Notes: a model not told the origin generated them from the sequence alone. A stretch of 64,000 bases of DNA from Octopus vulgaris (GCA_951406725.2 OX597818.1:71920001-71984000); one strand, 5' to 3'; shown: positions 12,344 to 25,877, counted from the stretch's first letter. Numbers and translations: made by a program.

Positions 12344-12892
12344 TAGTTTTATTTTTATAGCGTGCTTTCACTTCACTACCAAGCGCAGCTCTGTGTGCCT
12401 TGGGTATGTGCTGTGATTTGTTGTGATGCTCTGATGGTTATTGTATGGAAAGTGTTCTGCGTAGGATGTGTGCAGTGCCTAGTAGTGTAATTTTCTGTAT
12501 GTTATATGTGTTTGTAAGTCCTGGTGTTTTTGTTATGTATTTGTCTGAATATTTTTTTATCATGCCTAATGCACCTACTATGATAGGAATTGTTTCTGTT
12601 TTTAGGTTCCACATTCTGGTTACCTCTATTTCCAGGTCTTTGTGTTTTGAGAGTTTCTCCATTTCTTTTAGAGACACGTTGTCATCTGCCGGTATTGATA
12701 CATCAATTAGAAAGCATTTTTCTTCTTCATGATCTCTGACAACTATATCTGGTCTGTTGGCCTTAATTTCTCTATCTGTGTGTATCGACATATCCCAGAG
12801 TATGGTTGCTTTCTCGTTTTCTGTGACCTTTTCTGGTGTGTGCCTATACTATCTTTTTTCTGTTGTTATTGCATAATGTTGGCATAGCTTCC
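12341..12892 (-). mobile_element. 5'-truncated R4/Dong-clade copy: restriction-like endonuclease domain + 3' UTR
   Basis: ORF 12438-12791 has NRPDIVV...LIDVSIP...EKLSKHKDL...IPIIVGALG (RLE PD..D..K motif). Flanked on both sides by (TAA)n. Confidence 0.9.
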
Positions 12893-12909
12893 AATATTAT
12901 TATTATTAA

Positions 12910-13053
<144 letters not shown>

Positions 13054-13484
13054 TGTTATCAATATTATTTGTGTTCCATAATGTTTCTTTTTTTAGTTTA
13101 TATATTGACATCTTTACGTATTTTATACTCTTAACCTTATTTGCAATAATGTCTTCGTAGCGACACATCGATATATAGGTTACTTCGTTTCTCTATGTAT
13201 TTGTAGGCAACTTGGCAAGTATTGACTTAAATTTTATCGTCACGTGACAAATATTGACTTAAATTTTATTGTCAAGTCATTGTACTTTTCCAAAGCTTTC
13301 TTTATTCCTTTGAACAGATATAACGCGCATTATAGCGCTCTACAGTCTTTTCAAATGTTTATATTCTTTTGAGTATATAGATTGGAAAATATCTTGTTAG
13401 TAGTATACGTTCTTCATTGTTTGGCCATCGTAATCGGGAAACTAGTTGTTAGTTATTATAATGCTATTGCAGCTCTTAACACAC

Positions 13485-13562
<78 letters not shown>

Positions 13563-14159
13563 ACACACATACGCACACACACACATACACACACACTCAA
13601 TCCCTTAAGCACACACACATACACACGCACACACCTGTACATACATACATATATGTATATATATTTATATGCGTATGCGTATATGTGCAGTTATATGTAT
13701 CATATACGTACATATGTGTGTACATGTGTTTAAGCATATAGTATAATTAAGAATTCTGTGACTGATATCAGTAGTAACTTCTTTTATTAATACGCAAAGA
13801 TGTTTTTGAAAGAAACTTACGCGATTATAATGAGGTATTAGCAAGAAGTAACTTAAAAGAGATGTTAGTATTTATAGAATATTTCCATCTCCGAAGAGAA
13901 TTAGTAAGAGAAAATTAACCTCGTTCAATACTTTCCAAACTGGATATCTTCATGAATATATCCAGAAACTATCCCTCATTTAGTAATACTTAACAGACAC
14001 ATAAAAACTATAAGCTTTTTAACACTCATAAAGTTTAGGAGAGTTACTCATGCCTTTCATGCTATAATCTTATTAGAAAAAATGCAAATTTACGTTTATT
14101 CCAAGCACCCACTTGAAACTACTGAAATGAAACCATTAGTTCCCTCACATGAGTCTGCG

Positions 14160-14400
14160 TTTGGAAAGCGGGGTTTACAGAATGTTTCTCTGCCAATTAT
14201 TACGCCAGTTAATTACGCCAGGCTTCATGGTCAGCGGCAAGAACAAACCACTGGTGACGATCAATGTGACAGCCGCTAAGAGATTTCTTACAAATCGTCT
14301 TTTATATTCTTTTATTATGGGAACCATAGGAATGTTCGCTGTCCAGTATGATCTTGAGAATTTGATGATCCTCCATCCTCACGACGTGTCCGGTGTCGTC
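14160..14400 (-). pseudogene. Old LINE (RTE-like) C-terminal remnant
   Basis: Minus strand encodes GHVVRMEDHQILKIIL and AADHEAWR, similar to the post-RT region of the LINE at 2330-2530. Confidence 0.55.
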
Positions 14401-14799
14401 AGCAGAGTTACTTCGATATATATTATTTTTCTAAACACAGTACATCCATAAGAGGTATTTATCTTCAGATGACTAGGGTGGTAAGTTTGCTTTTCGCCAA
14501 ATGTTTACATTAAGTGTGATACATAGATGGGTATTTTAATCTAATACTGCTTCTGTTGCATGCAATGAATTTTTATTCATAAGGGTGGCTATTCGCAACA
14601 CCATTGATTAGTCATCTACTGAATTCTTACACTGGTGTCAACAGATTCCATTTCGGCATGCAGTTGGCTGTGAATAGATACAACTGACAACGCGCCATGA
14701 AGCAGAAATGCGCATTTAGTATTCTGACCTTGGCCGCTGAGAAAATTTTACTCTGCCTTTGATATATATTTTCTTATTAATCTCAGCATGTCCGAACTA

Positions 14800-15005
14800 G
14801 ACGGTGGGCTGGCAGAATTGCTAGCACACCTGTCAAAATGCTTAGCGGCATTTCGTCTGTCTTTATATTCTGAGTTAAAATGTCGCCAAGGTCGACTTTG
14901 CCTTTCAAACTTTCGAGGTCGATAAAATAAGTATCAGTTGAGCACTGGGGTTCATGTTATCGACACACATCTTCCCCTAATCTTGATGGCCTTTGAAACC
15001 ATTAT
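14800..15005 (+). mobile_element. SINE family B
   Basis: GCTGGCAGAATTGCTAGCAC head, TTCTGAGTT B-box-like motif, GTCGACTTTGCCTTTC...GTCGATAAAATAAGTA. Confidence 0.8.
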
Positions 15006-15087
15006 TATCTAAGGGCGGATACCGCAATAAATTAATTATGATATACAGATGAATGTTTTAATTTTATACTGCTTCTATTGCATATAA

Positions 15088-15143
<56 letters not shown>

Positions 15144-15144
<1 letters not shown>

Positions 15145-15648
15145 TAAATCTCTGAACGAGGTATTAACAGTAGCTGTTCGACAACGTGAAGTATATTTGC
15201 CACTTAAATGTGGCTAACCACTAAGGGTGGATGCTACTGTAGCTTGTAGCTCCAGGACAACATCTTCTCCACCTGGCTATTGACACACTTTCTGTACCCT
15301 ATCAGTATTTGCAAAGGGAAGCCATCCTTCCTATCGTCGACCTGACGTGATACGCACGTAAAATATATATAGGGTATATGGAAAAAGGATATGTGTTTGC
15401 ATTGGGACACCATCGCATCGAAGACCGGTGATTGTCGTGCGCTGACGACGGGTAAATACCCAGAAACTCGGGTCCGTGCATATCACGTTAGGTCGACGAT
15501 GGGAAGGATGGCTTTCATTTGCAAATACTGATAGGGCACTGAAAGTGTATCAATAGCCAGGTGGAGAAGATGTTCTCCTGGGGCTACAAGCTACAGTAGC
15601 ATCCACCCTTAGTGGTTAGCCACATTTAAGATGCAAATATACTTCACG
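15144..15648. mobile_element. Fold-back hammerhead element (retrozyme/mini-PLE-like) in (TA)n
   Basis: Inverted arms 15186-15358 and 15475-15648 with an HHR in the spacer; homologous to 46447-47109. Confidence 0.8.
15437..15479 (+). ncRNA. Minimal type-I hammerhead ribozyme motif
   Basis: gtgcg-CTGACGA-c gggta aa taccc a-GAAA-C-tcgg-G-TC-cgtgc. Confidence 0.75.
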
Positions 15649-15704
15649 TATATATATATGTGTATGTGTGTGTGTGCGTGTGTGTGTGTGTGTCTGTGCG
15701 TGTG

Positions 15705-15860
15705 AGTATGTGGTTTACTGGTTAGGGTATTCGGCTCATGATCGCAAGGTCGTAAGTTTAATAAACGACAGTGCGTTGTGATCTTGAGCAAGATACTTTA
15801 TTTCAGTTCCTCCTGTCAACTGAGCTGGCAAAATGAGTGGCATCTGTATTTCAAAGGTCT
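15705..15860 (+). mobile_element. SINE family C 5' fragment
   Basis: TGGTTAGGG...TCTTGAGCAAGATACTTTATTTCA...AGCTG..AAATGAGT resembles 43745-44089. Confidence 0.65.
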
Positions 15861-16882
15861 AACATTTATTTCACATGGGTAGAAATATAGAGAAAGAAGT
15901 TGAAAATGCACTGGGATTTGTTTAGATATTTCTATTTTTAATTTTTTAAAAACTTAACCAGTTTCACAGATTGAAGAAAAAAATCTAAACGAATCCACAT
16001 CCCCGCGAACTTCTGGCGAGAACTTTTGCAATTACATTTGGCTGTGTATTTGTATTCGTTGGCGCCAGCATTGTGTCTTGTGACATCTATTAATCGTTTC
16101 CTTTGTATGTCTGTTGATCGGTTGTAAATTTTCTGCCTCTTTATTAGTAATTTTTTTTTTTGTGGTCTGGTGTTTACTTTCCTTTTATTTGTTAATGGGA
16201 AGGTGGGGAGGACCTTATTTTATATTGATATTTTATATTCGTTGTTTTATTTTCGTTGGCTGCTTTAATTACTGAATGTCTCTGTTGATATAATTAACAT
16301 TGTGTGTATAACTTTTTGGTCAAGTTCGTTTCTGTATTGTTTACAAATATTGATGTCATGGTTGGATTTGTTTTTGGTGTGAACTTTGTGTTGACCAAAG
16401 GTGAAGAATTTAAAAAACTTGTTGGTTTATGCGGTTTTTCCTGAATTCAATTGCAAAACGTATTAAAGATGTGTTTATGTATGGAGGAGTTAGGAGTATC
16501 TGCTATAAGTTGAATTATATGGTTGAGTGGCTTTTACTCACATGTTTCGAATTTTGTCTTGATGTTTTAAAGGGTGGAGATTTTTAGAAGCTTATTGAAT
16601 TGCCTACTAAATTAGTTAAAGAACTGGGTTTATTTTACTTGAAAGAATATATTTTGAATTATAAATATTTAGGCGTGTTCGTTTGTATGTATATGTGTTG
16701 TGGTCAAGACTTTCTTTTATCATGATGATCAATACATTTTTCAGTATGTTTGTATGTATATGTGTGATTTTGTATATGTGTGTCTATGTGAATATATGCT
16801 TCAGCAAGACATAATTTTTTCATGTGTGTGGTATGATGTAGGTTTGTTAGTTGTGGTTCGATTCTTGTGGGTATATATATAT

Positions 16883-16937
<55 letters not shown>

Positions 16938-18214
16938 TATATATGTATATGTATATATGTACATATATATATGTATGTATATCTATTTGTGTATGTACTG
17001 GGATTATTTATCAAATTTACGTAAGAAAAATCCGATAAGTATTTATTTATTTTACACGATCCTTTTATGACGTCACTATGTATACACTCGTGAAAGATTC
17101 TTCGTTGCTAAGTTCCACAAAAGAACATCAAAGAAATATTAATTCTAAATCTTGAAATATGTCTGTGCCATTCTAGTAGTTTCTTATCACTGATAATACT
17201 ATTGTGGTTTACTCAGTCTGTTAACATTTTTCCAGCTTTCTCACAAAATCTATGCAACCAAGGTAACTGTATATCTAAATTATATTATTGTAAGTAAATC
17301 AGTGGAACTCACGTAGTACACACTTTAACACTTTTATATCTCCGAAAACTAATTTTTTTCAATTTGAGCCAAATTGCATATAATATTGTTTTATATATTT
17401 CTCAGAAGCCTTCATTTTTTTTTACTTTGTAGTTCATTTAACTTTCCTTGTTAGAGTTGTTGTTGAGCTTCTCGTTATTTCCGATCGAATCTTAATCTAC
17501 TAAACAAATGGGCTCCAGCCAATACTGTTATAAGACAAAAAATGTGATTTGAGCGATATTTGGCTGCTATTTCAAGCTCTTAGTCTATCTCTAAGTCAAG
17601 AGAAACAACAGACTGTACTGTTGTTTCTCTTGACTAAGAGATATAAATTATTTTATAAACGGCTTATTGTCCAGAGGTTTCTGCTGACGCTGCAGTTTCA
17701 GTGACGGTAGATTGAGCCTTTATCTTAGAGATCATTAACAGCTGATTGACATTTTGACTAGTAGAAGGCATTTCACCCACAAAAAGTCAAAGAGCAGATT
17801 CACAAGCCTAAAGAAAACAGGTGGTAGTAAATAGCGGAGGCGATGTATACGTTTGCCACCATCACTCGACTTTTCCAAGATAGCTTCCTCTCAGATTACT
17901 CCTTGATAAAACTGGCCACTCAACTCATAACCTCATTTCATTTTCTATTCACTTGGCGGCGTTATTCGAATCACAGCCAAGAAACTTAACTGAATAATCG
18001 GTCCAGTAACCCACGTTGCTAACCGGCATGACTTATCTTTCCATATACTGAGTTCCAAACTTACCGATTATCTCAGCTAATGAATGATCCTATCACACTA
18101 TCATATTCCTTCAGAATGGTATTAGTCACATTGATTTATAAGAATTCCTTCTCGTATACTGAATCAACTTTCCAGCGGTCCGGTTCTATTGATACTCACC
18201 TCTCAATTAAGATG

Positions 18215-18249
18215 GTTCCAAATTTTGGCTCAAAACCAGCAATTGTCTC

Positions 18250-18292
<43 letters not shown>

Positions 18293-18447
18293 AAATTAGT
18301 CATCTACATCAACTCTGGTGGTCAACTGGTATTTATTTTATCGACCCCGAAATGATGAAAGGCGAAGTCAAGCTCAGTGGATGAAAGATGGATGAAATGC
18401 TACTAAGCATTTTGTCCGGCGTGCTAACGATTCTGCCAGCTCGCTGT
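18215..18447 (-). mobile_element. SINE family B interrupted by (TG)n
   Basis: ATTTTATCGACCCCGAAA...TAAGCATTTTGTCCGGCGTGCTAACGATTCTGCCAGCTCGC. Confidence 0.75.
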
Positions 18448-18990
18448 ATTCATCTTAATAGTAGAACTAGTCGTCGTCTTGGTCATCGTTTTGGTCATCA
18501 TCGTCATCGTTGTCGTCGTAGAAGTAGTAGTAATAGATGTTGAGTACTGCCAAAATGTCTAATAGTTAAAAATCAGATCGATAGAAACAAAATTCAAATA
18601 TATTATAATGTATATTGTGGAATAGTATTTAACGGCTTTTAAGTACAAGCTACCATTCTACTTTATCACTGCCGTAATGGCTGACATATACCTATGATAA
18701 GAAGAGGTCATCTTATAAAAGAAGTGACTTTAGAAATCATGTGAAGAATTAAGTCGCATCATAGTCCCTTGATTTAAGAAATGGCGATACGATCTCTACT
18801 TCGGTAAATTCTAGCACCAAGGCATGTGACATTGTGCCATTTCTGTATTCTATTTCGATTCTCATGCGATCAGGAATTTTCTATTCTAAGAAAGAATCGT
18901 TGTTGGTTACGAATCAATAGAAATATCACAAGACAATCCAATTGATTTCTGTGAAGACTTACAAGTGAATCCATCAACTATGTTCCTTAA

Positions 18991-19059
<69 letters not shown>

Positions 19060-19364
19060 GTGTGTGTATTTAGGCGTGCAGCGGCTTACAGTCTTCCCGT
19101 GGTGATGTCTCCCCCATTTTCAATCAAGAGGTAGACCTAATTGTGTGGCCATCCTCCTCGAGGAGGATGGCCAAATATTTCAAACTACATACATACTTTA
19201 ACTTGTCGTAATTCCATCTTTCTGTCTCTGTGTCGTGATCTTTGTCTCTCCACCCACACACTCACACACACACATATATTTAATATATGTATATACATAT
19301 ATCATAGATATACATACATACACATATACGCATACACACATATATATCCCTACCTACATTTTTC

Positions 19365-19517
<153 letters not shown>

Positions 19518-19699
19518 GATCTATACGTTTGTCTGTCTACATGTCTGTCTGACGCTCCTCCCTCTGTCTCTCCTTCTCCCTCCATTTTATGTTTAGAACT
19601 TGGTTTTTCTTCCACCACCATTCTTGAATAAATTTGTTAAATTTTTCACTTTCACATAAAATTCTTTCGTTCCAATCGACGAAGGACAATTAGTATGGT

Positions 19700-19880
19700 T
19701 TATGGCTTCCTAAAAACAACAGCTGAAGTTCACCAAACCACACTTTGCATGATTAAAACAGGATGAACACATTAAACAATGTAGTCAGAGATAAAATGAA
19801 GGGGTTAGAGCCATGGCTAGATCATCTTTGATCATGGGTCTTCTAAACCTGGCCTAACCTGGAGTTAAATAACATCAGCA
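19700..19880 (+). repeat. Old dispersed repeat (related pieces near 46030-46215 and 48575-48625; reverse near 17545-17575)
   Basis: Shared AACAGCT(A/G)AA.TT..CAC and TCTTTGATCA.GG motifs seen by eye. Confidence 0.4.
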
Positions 19881-19976
19881 TCTACATTTTTCAACTCACT
19901 ATTACTTGACCAACTCTAGGTTCACACATACGCGCACACACACACACACACGCGCGCATTCACACACACACACGCA

Positions 19977-20044
<68 letters not shown>

Positions 20045-21440
20045 CAAGCGCATACAACTCGCATGTTTAAAACAGCGTGCCAACCAACTGGTGCAGCGTC
20101 TTCGTAACTACAGTACTGTGCATAGGTGACTTGACCGTCATGTCTAATGACAGACACACCATGATATATCATTTAGTCATCGGTCTGTGTGTTCTCCTGA
20201 GGACTATATTTGGTACACTAGGCGATTTGTTCAACAATAAACAATTTGGAAGGGGATTATTTCTGTGAGTAGATGTGTGTGTGTGTGTGCATGTATGTAC
20301 GTATATGTATGTGTGTATGTAAATATGTATATTCGCTATTTATAGTGTTGATTCAAAACAGCATTCTGTATATGTTACTTAACGCAGATATACTGTGGGA
20401 AGCTAGAAAACTGCTATATACGTCTCGAGAAAGAATCTCGTATATGAGTAAAAGATGAAAATCATCTACCAGCGGCAGCGGAATTGCTAAATCCAGATTT
20501 TTGCTTCTCTGAGCGCGTCATCAATAACAAGTATCCACTAGCAACCGCACGCTTACACAAATGTAGCCTCAACTGATACACATACACACACGCACGCACG
20601 CACGCACACACACACACATACACACATACACACACACACACGCACACACACACACATACATACACACAGACACGCCCCCCCCCCCCCAGTGTTATTAACA
20701 GATCCCTGGAGCCGGAAATAGCCGGTAGGCTGGGTTAAAAGCTCATTATTAGCAACGGAAGAAATATTAGTTCAAGATAGCATTCTCTGCATCTTACTTA
20801 ATATGGATATAGTATGAAAAGTCAGACAGCTGCAGTATTTCTAACGAGAAAGCATCTTTATAGGTACAGAAATAGGTGTAGCATAGAAAAATATCAGTAG
20901 TTGCAACTTTGGATTTAGTAATTCCACCTCTGCTGATGCAGAATTACTAAATCCAAATTTCTGCTTGTTTGAGCGCCAGCAGTAACGGTATATGAATACC
21001 GTTACTGATGAAGCTTCCAAAAAGTCCACTTCTGTTAGATGACTGGTCATATGAAACTCAGAGTAACAGTTTTGTGAAGCTTTCTGCTTCAATAAATCGT
21101 CATATTGTGCTCTGTTTTTCGTATTCGAGATATACTTTCTTCATCTATCTACTAAAATCATTCTCATTTGCTCTCTGGGGATGAGTGGTGATATAATTTA
21201 TATTTGTATTATTTTGTGTACAATATCTAAAACCAATTAACTGCAAAAACAATGTACTTACTGATGACAGAATCTAATAAACAGCTGTAAGGATTACCCA
21301 TATTTTCCTCTCTCGTATCTGTGAGGCTAGAGTATGAACTCTCCGGATATCTACCTATCTAAGAAGAAATACCACAAAAGGCTACTTGGATTTCCCTCTC
21401 TTTATATACTGTTTGCTGTTTTTCTGCTTAATTATATTTA

Positions 21441-22909
21441 CACTCAGAACCACGCTAATAGCTTATAATAGGAGTGAAATTTAGGATTTCTCGGTTTGTA
21501 CACTATGGCAACACCATTGTTATGTTTTCATTATTGTGTAACATCCTTTCTTTTTTATTTCAGATTCCTCAGTTTTTGGGTGAACCACGCTAATAGCGTC
21601 TCTCCTCTCTAAGAACAATGGGACGCAGAAAAGGTCTTAATAATGAAGAAAAGACTGTCATCACCAAGGGAAAGTATTAAAGGCACCTCTCTTCAAGTCA
21701 TTGTGGAAAAGTTAGGTCGTCATGTAGCTACGGTTAGATGGATCCTGAAGGACCCTTCACCAAGGGAGAAAGGATCTGATTCTGAGTCCTCCAAGATCGT
21801 GACAGCTAGGGATTTAAGGAATATTGACTACAAGTTATGTGGGAGACCTGGACAAACAAGTAAAGCCATTTTCACCCCCTCTGAAATTCCTCATGTACCG
21901 AAAACCACCAGAAATCGTATCCTTGGGACAATGGCTCCCGAGCGAGAACCCCTGAAACTGCCTCTTCAATGGGCCCAAAAGTACATGGTGTTAGACATGA
22001 GCTGTGTTCTGTTTACTGAAGAAACCAGGGCGACCCTTGACGGACTTGATGGTTGGGCAAATGTTTTGGTCTGTTTTGGAGATGAGCGTCACCAACGTTT
22101 ATGACATCAAGAATAGGGTAGAGGAGTCATGTTGTGGGCTGGTATCATTGGGGATAGACTTGTTGGTCCATTTAAGGTGCCTGAAGAGATTAAAGTGACC
22201 GCAGCCCCCAACTACAATCTCGTGAATGTCTTGGATCCCTGGCTAGATGACATACCGCTGTCATTTCTAACGAATCTTGTATTCATGCATGACAACGCTC
22301 CCTCCCACTCTGTTAGGACCACTCAAATGTTTGTAGGGTCTTACGGCATACAAAGTGAAAGGTTGATGGTGTGGCTGCCAGCATTATCTCCCATCGAAAA
22401 TCTTTGGTCCATCATTAAACATGATGTTTATGCAGATGGACGCCAATTTACGTCGAAAGATGTCTTATGGGCGATCATCAAAGCTGCTGAAGAGGCAGTC
22501 CAACTTGCTACTATTGGGAAAATAACAGATTTCATGACTAATAGGCTTTTTGAAGTTATTCGTCGAAATAACGCTCATGGAACTAAATAATTCCTTATGT
22601 CAGTAAATGTTATAATATTATTATGGTTTCCTGCTAAATATATACTCAATGTCTGCTTAATATTACCCTCCATTTTCTGAAAAAAAACGTCTAGATGGGC
22701 TATTTTCATTCAAAAGCTATTAGCGTGGTTCACTCCAAAACTGAAGAATCTGAAATAAAAAAGAAAGAACGTTACACAGCATAATGAAAACATAACAATG
22801 GTGTTGCCATAGTGTGCAAACTAGCTGGGAAAAGTTTTATCAAAATCGATTCACAGAAAACCGAGAGATTCTAAATTTCACTCGTAAGCTATTAGCGTGG
22901 TTCTGGGTG
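21441..22909 (+). mobile_element. Tc1-family DNA transposon with long IR/DR terminal repeats, defective transposase
   Basis: TA target dinucleotide on both sides. Inverted repeats ~21441-21598 and ~22716-22909 each carry two copies of GAACCACGCTAATAGC. Transposase fragments: VLFTEETR, HDNAPSH, SPIENLW. Confidence 0.93.
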
Positions 22910-23234
22910 TATAACTATTCTACAAATGCTTAGATGCCATTAACAAACTCATGTTATTCTTTTATTTCCTTGCATTTTCATTAGCTCGTCGCGTACATTG
23001 CCTCTAACCAACAATTGTTTGCTCAGATTCTTTCTCCGCTTATTCGGCATTGGAGTTTAGGTACGCGATCCAGACCGAGTGTTAATTGTCTGTATCTATG
23101 ATAGGCCTTCTTGATGTATTCTTACCTATTATACACGCGCGCACACACACACACACACAAGCGCATACAAGTAAGAATTTGATAAGTGGCTTGCATGTAA
23201 TCCCAAATCCTTGATTTTCTTAAGGAGCATTACA

Positions 23235-23297
<63 letters not shown>

Positions 23298-23330
23298 TGC
23301 ATACATAATACATACTTATACTTACGTATA

Positions 23331-23597
23331 TCTATATATATATAATTCTTTGTATGTCTGTCTGTCTGTTTCCTATGCATTTTCAGACGGCTCCACTAAA
23401 TCAAATCAAATTTTACAAGGTTAATAGTATTGTACCCCGCGAGTGTCAACATGTAATTTTTATTTTCAATTGGATTGAAACAATACATTTTCTCGAAAAT
23501 AATCTTTCTATAGTCAACTATAGTAATGGACATTTTAGACGACATCACATTTTGTACTTGAGTGCGTATTTATCTGTGAGTGAGTGTGTGTGTGTAT

Positions 23598-23662
<65 letters not shown>

Positions 23663-24402
23663 TTTGCGCGTTCGTTGCGTACGTGATAGTAAAGGACATT
23701 TTATACGACGACGACACATCTCTATCATTCTCTCTTCAATCTGTCAACCATTCCGTCCAGAGTGTACCGTTGTAACGATGTCTGGTGCCAAAAAATTATT
23801 ACACCTACTTTCATTGTTTACAATCTTCTGTACCTATGTATTTGTGTACAACAACACATAAACAAAATGTTAGAAAGGTTGATGGGTCAAGCAAAAACGC
23901 TGTACCGGCGTATTTGTGTATCAGTAAATAACCATGTTGTAATGATTTGTGGTACCAAAAAAATTATTACTAAAATTATTATTATATTAGAAAGAGGAGA
24001 GGGCTCAATAAATTATTTCACAGTGAAATATAGGCGGGTCCTTTCTCGTAAATAGCTGTTATGTGGTAGCAGGGCGTGCTAGAAATAGTAGTCAAATCTT
24101 TTTTTCTGTGAAAAGGAGCAATTTACGCGTGTTTTCGATGTCACATTTGTTGAAAGTATGCGAAATAACCTGGCAAAGAAAAACAAAAATCCCCGAAACA
24201 AAATTTCGTTGGTGGGAAATTCCGAGGTCCTCCTCCTACATTTCCTTTTTCGGGTAAAAAAAATGGCAAGTGGCTGGTTTGGAGGTTAGATATGGCGAAT
24301 GCATTTGAAAAAAAACTCATGGAAAAAGTTATTTCAGACTGAGGTACGAACAGGACCTTTACGAAATATTTACCCCCTAGTGAAACTGGGTGCTTCTATT
24401 TG
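23331..24402 (+). mobile_element. Putative non-autonomous Helitron-type element
   Basis: 5' A|TCTATATATATA..(GTCT)n start like 63024. 3' hairpin CCCTAGTGAAACTGGG shortly before a degenerate terminus running into (TA)n. Confidence 0.45.
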
Positions 24403-24422
24403 TATATATATATATATATATA

Positions 24423-25839
24423 CAGGTGTTGGACAAAATAATGGAAACACCTAGTATCATAGCATCATAATTCTGAAATAACTATAAAACCGTCAGAAGC
24501 TTGTTTATTTTTTGATTTATTATTAGTGTTGCTTAATATGGTTTCCTAAAATTGCTGTTTCGTTTCAAATAGCATCACAAAAAGGTAATTAAAATTCATT
24601 AAAATGACAGATCTATCGGACTTTCAAAGTGGTCAAATTGTTGATGCTCGTATGGCAGGCTCTAGCGTAACGAAAACAGCCGAAATGTTTGGTATATCAA
24701 GGAGTACTATCTCGAAAGTAATGACAGCCTTTGAGAAAGGGGGAAGAACCTAGTCGAAATAAAACTCTGGAAGAGAACCAAAACTTTCAGATAGGAACTG
24801 TCGGACTCTTACGCGAATTGTTAGAAAAGATCTGAAAAGTACAGCTCCCTAAATTACTGCAGAGTTTAATGACCACATCGAGAACGCAGTTTCCACAAAA
24901 ACTGTTCGCCGGGAGCTGCATAAAGCTGTATCTCATTGGAGGGCTGTAATAAGAAAACCACCACTTTCAAAAACAAACGTTGCAAAGCGTTTACAGTGGA
25001 GTAAAAACGTACAGATTTAGAGAAGTGGAAGAATGTCATTTTCTCGGATGAGTCATCTATTACCTTATTTTCGACCACTGGCCGAGTACAGCCAAAAGGA
25101 GCTGGTCCAACTTATGCAAATCTGGTGATGACCTACCTAGAATTACAAATCTGTGAACAATCCAAATCAAAATACGGCCTGTCTTTCCACAAATACCTGA
25201 TGGATGATTGGAAATGCTACTTGGATGCCTGCCTCATCCTATGGTCTAACACATTCGACCAGCTGAATGAATTCAAAAATTTAATCAACAGACTGCCTTC
25301 TTCAAACTGTTAATCATGGAGGAGGATCTGTGATGATTTTTTTTTGGGGGGGGGGCAAAATTTGGGAATCCACCGGCTCAATGGTTTCCCTTCATGGCAG
25401 AATTAATAGTCAAGACTATTTAAGCATTTTATTTGATCAAATTCATCCTATGTTTGCGGAACTGTTTCTGGAGGGAAACGAAATCTTTCAGGATGATAAT
25501 GCACCAATTCACATAGCTAAAGTTGTTATTGACCGGCACGCGGAACACTCTAGTGATGTTAAATATCTTATCTGACCACCACAGTCCCTAGATCTGAATA
25601 TTATTGAATATTTATGGTGCATTTTAGAAAAACAAGTAAGTAGTCGGTGTAATTTACCATCATCACTACAAGAACTGGAGACTGTTTTAGCTGAAGTGTG
25701 GACAAAAATTCCTTTGGAAACATTTCAAACTTTGTACGAGTCCATACCTCGTAGAATTCAAGCTGTAGCTACTGTCAAAGGCGGTCCTACCCCATTATTA
25801 AAATAAATTTTTTTCCATTATTTTGTACAACAACCCTTG
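24423..25839 (+). mobile_element. Tc1-family DNA transposon with short TIRs, defective transposase
   Basis: TA|CAGGTGTTGGACAAAATAATGGAAA ... TTTCCATTATTTTGTACAACAACCCTTG. Frames encode MTDLSDFQSGQIV, VIFSDESS, FQDDNAPIH, SLDLNIIEYLW. Confidence 0.92.
25100..25291 (+). repeat. 192-bp copy of Penelope RT sequence (26216-26407) inserted in the Tc1 transposase
   Basis: Near-identical sequence; ORFs 25125 and 26241 share MMTYLELQICEQSKSKYGL... Confidence 0.92.
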
Positions 25840-25877
25840 AATATATATATATACATATATATAAAATGAGATAGGGG

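Noticed and set aside
14149-14451. Plus-strand 100-aa ORF as a host exon
   Set aside because: The opposite strand carries LINE C-terminal motifs, so the ORF is incidental.
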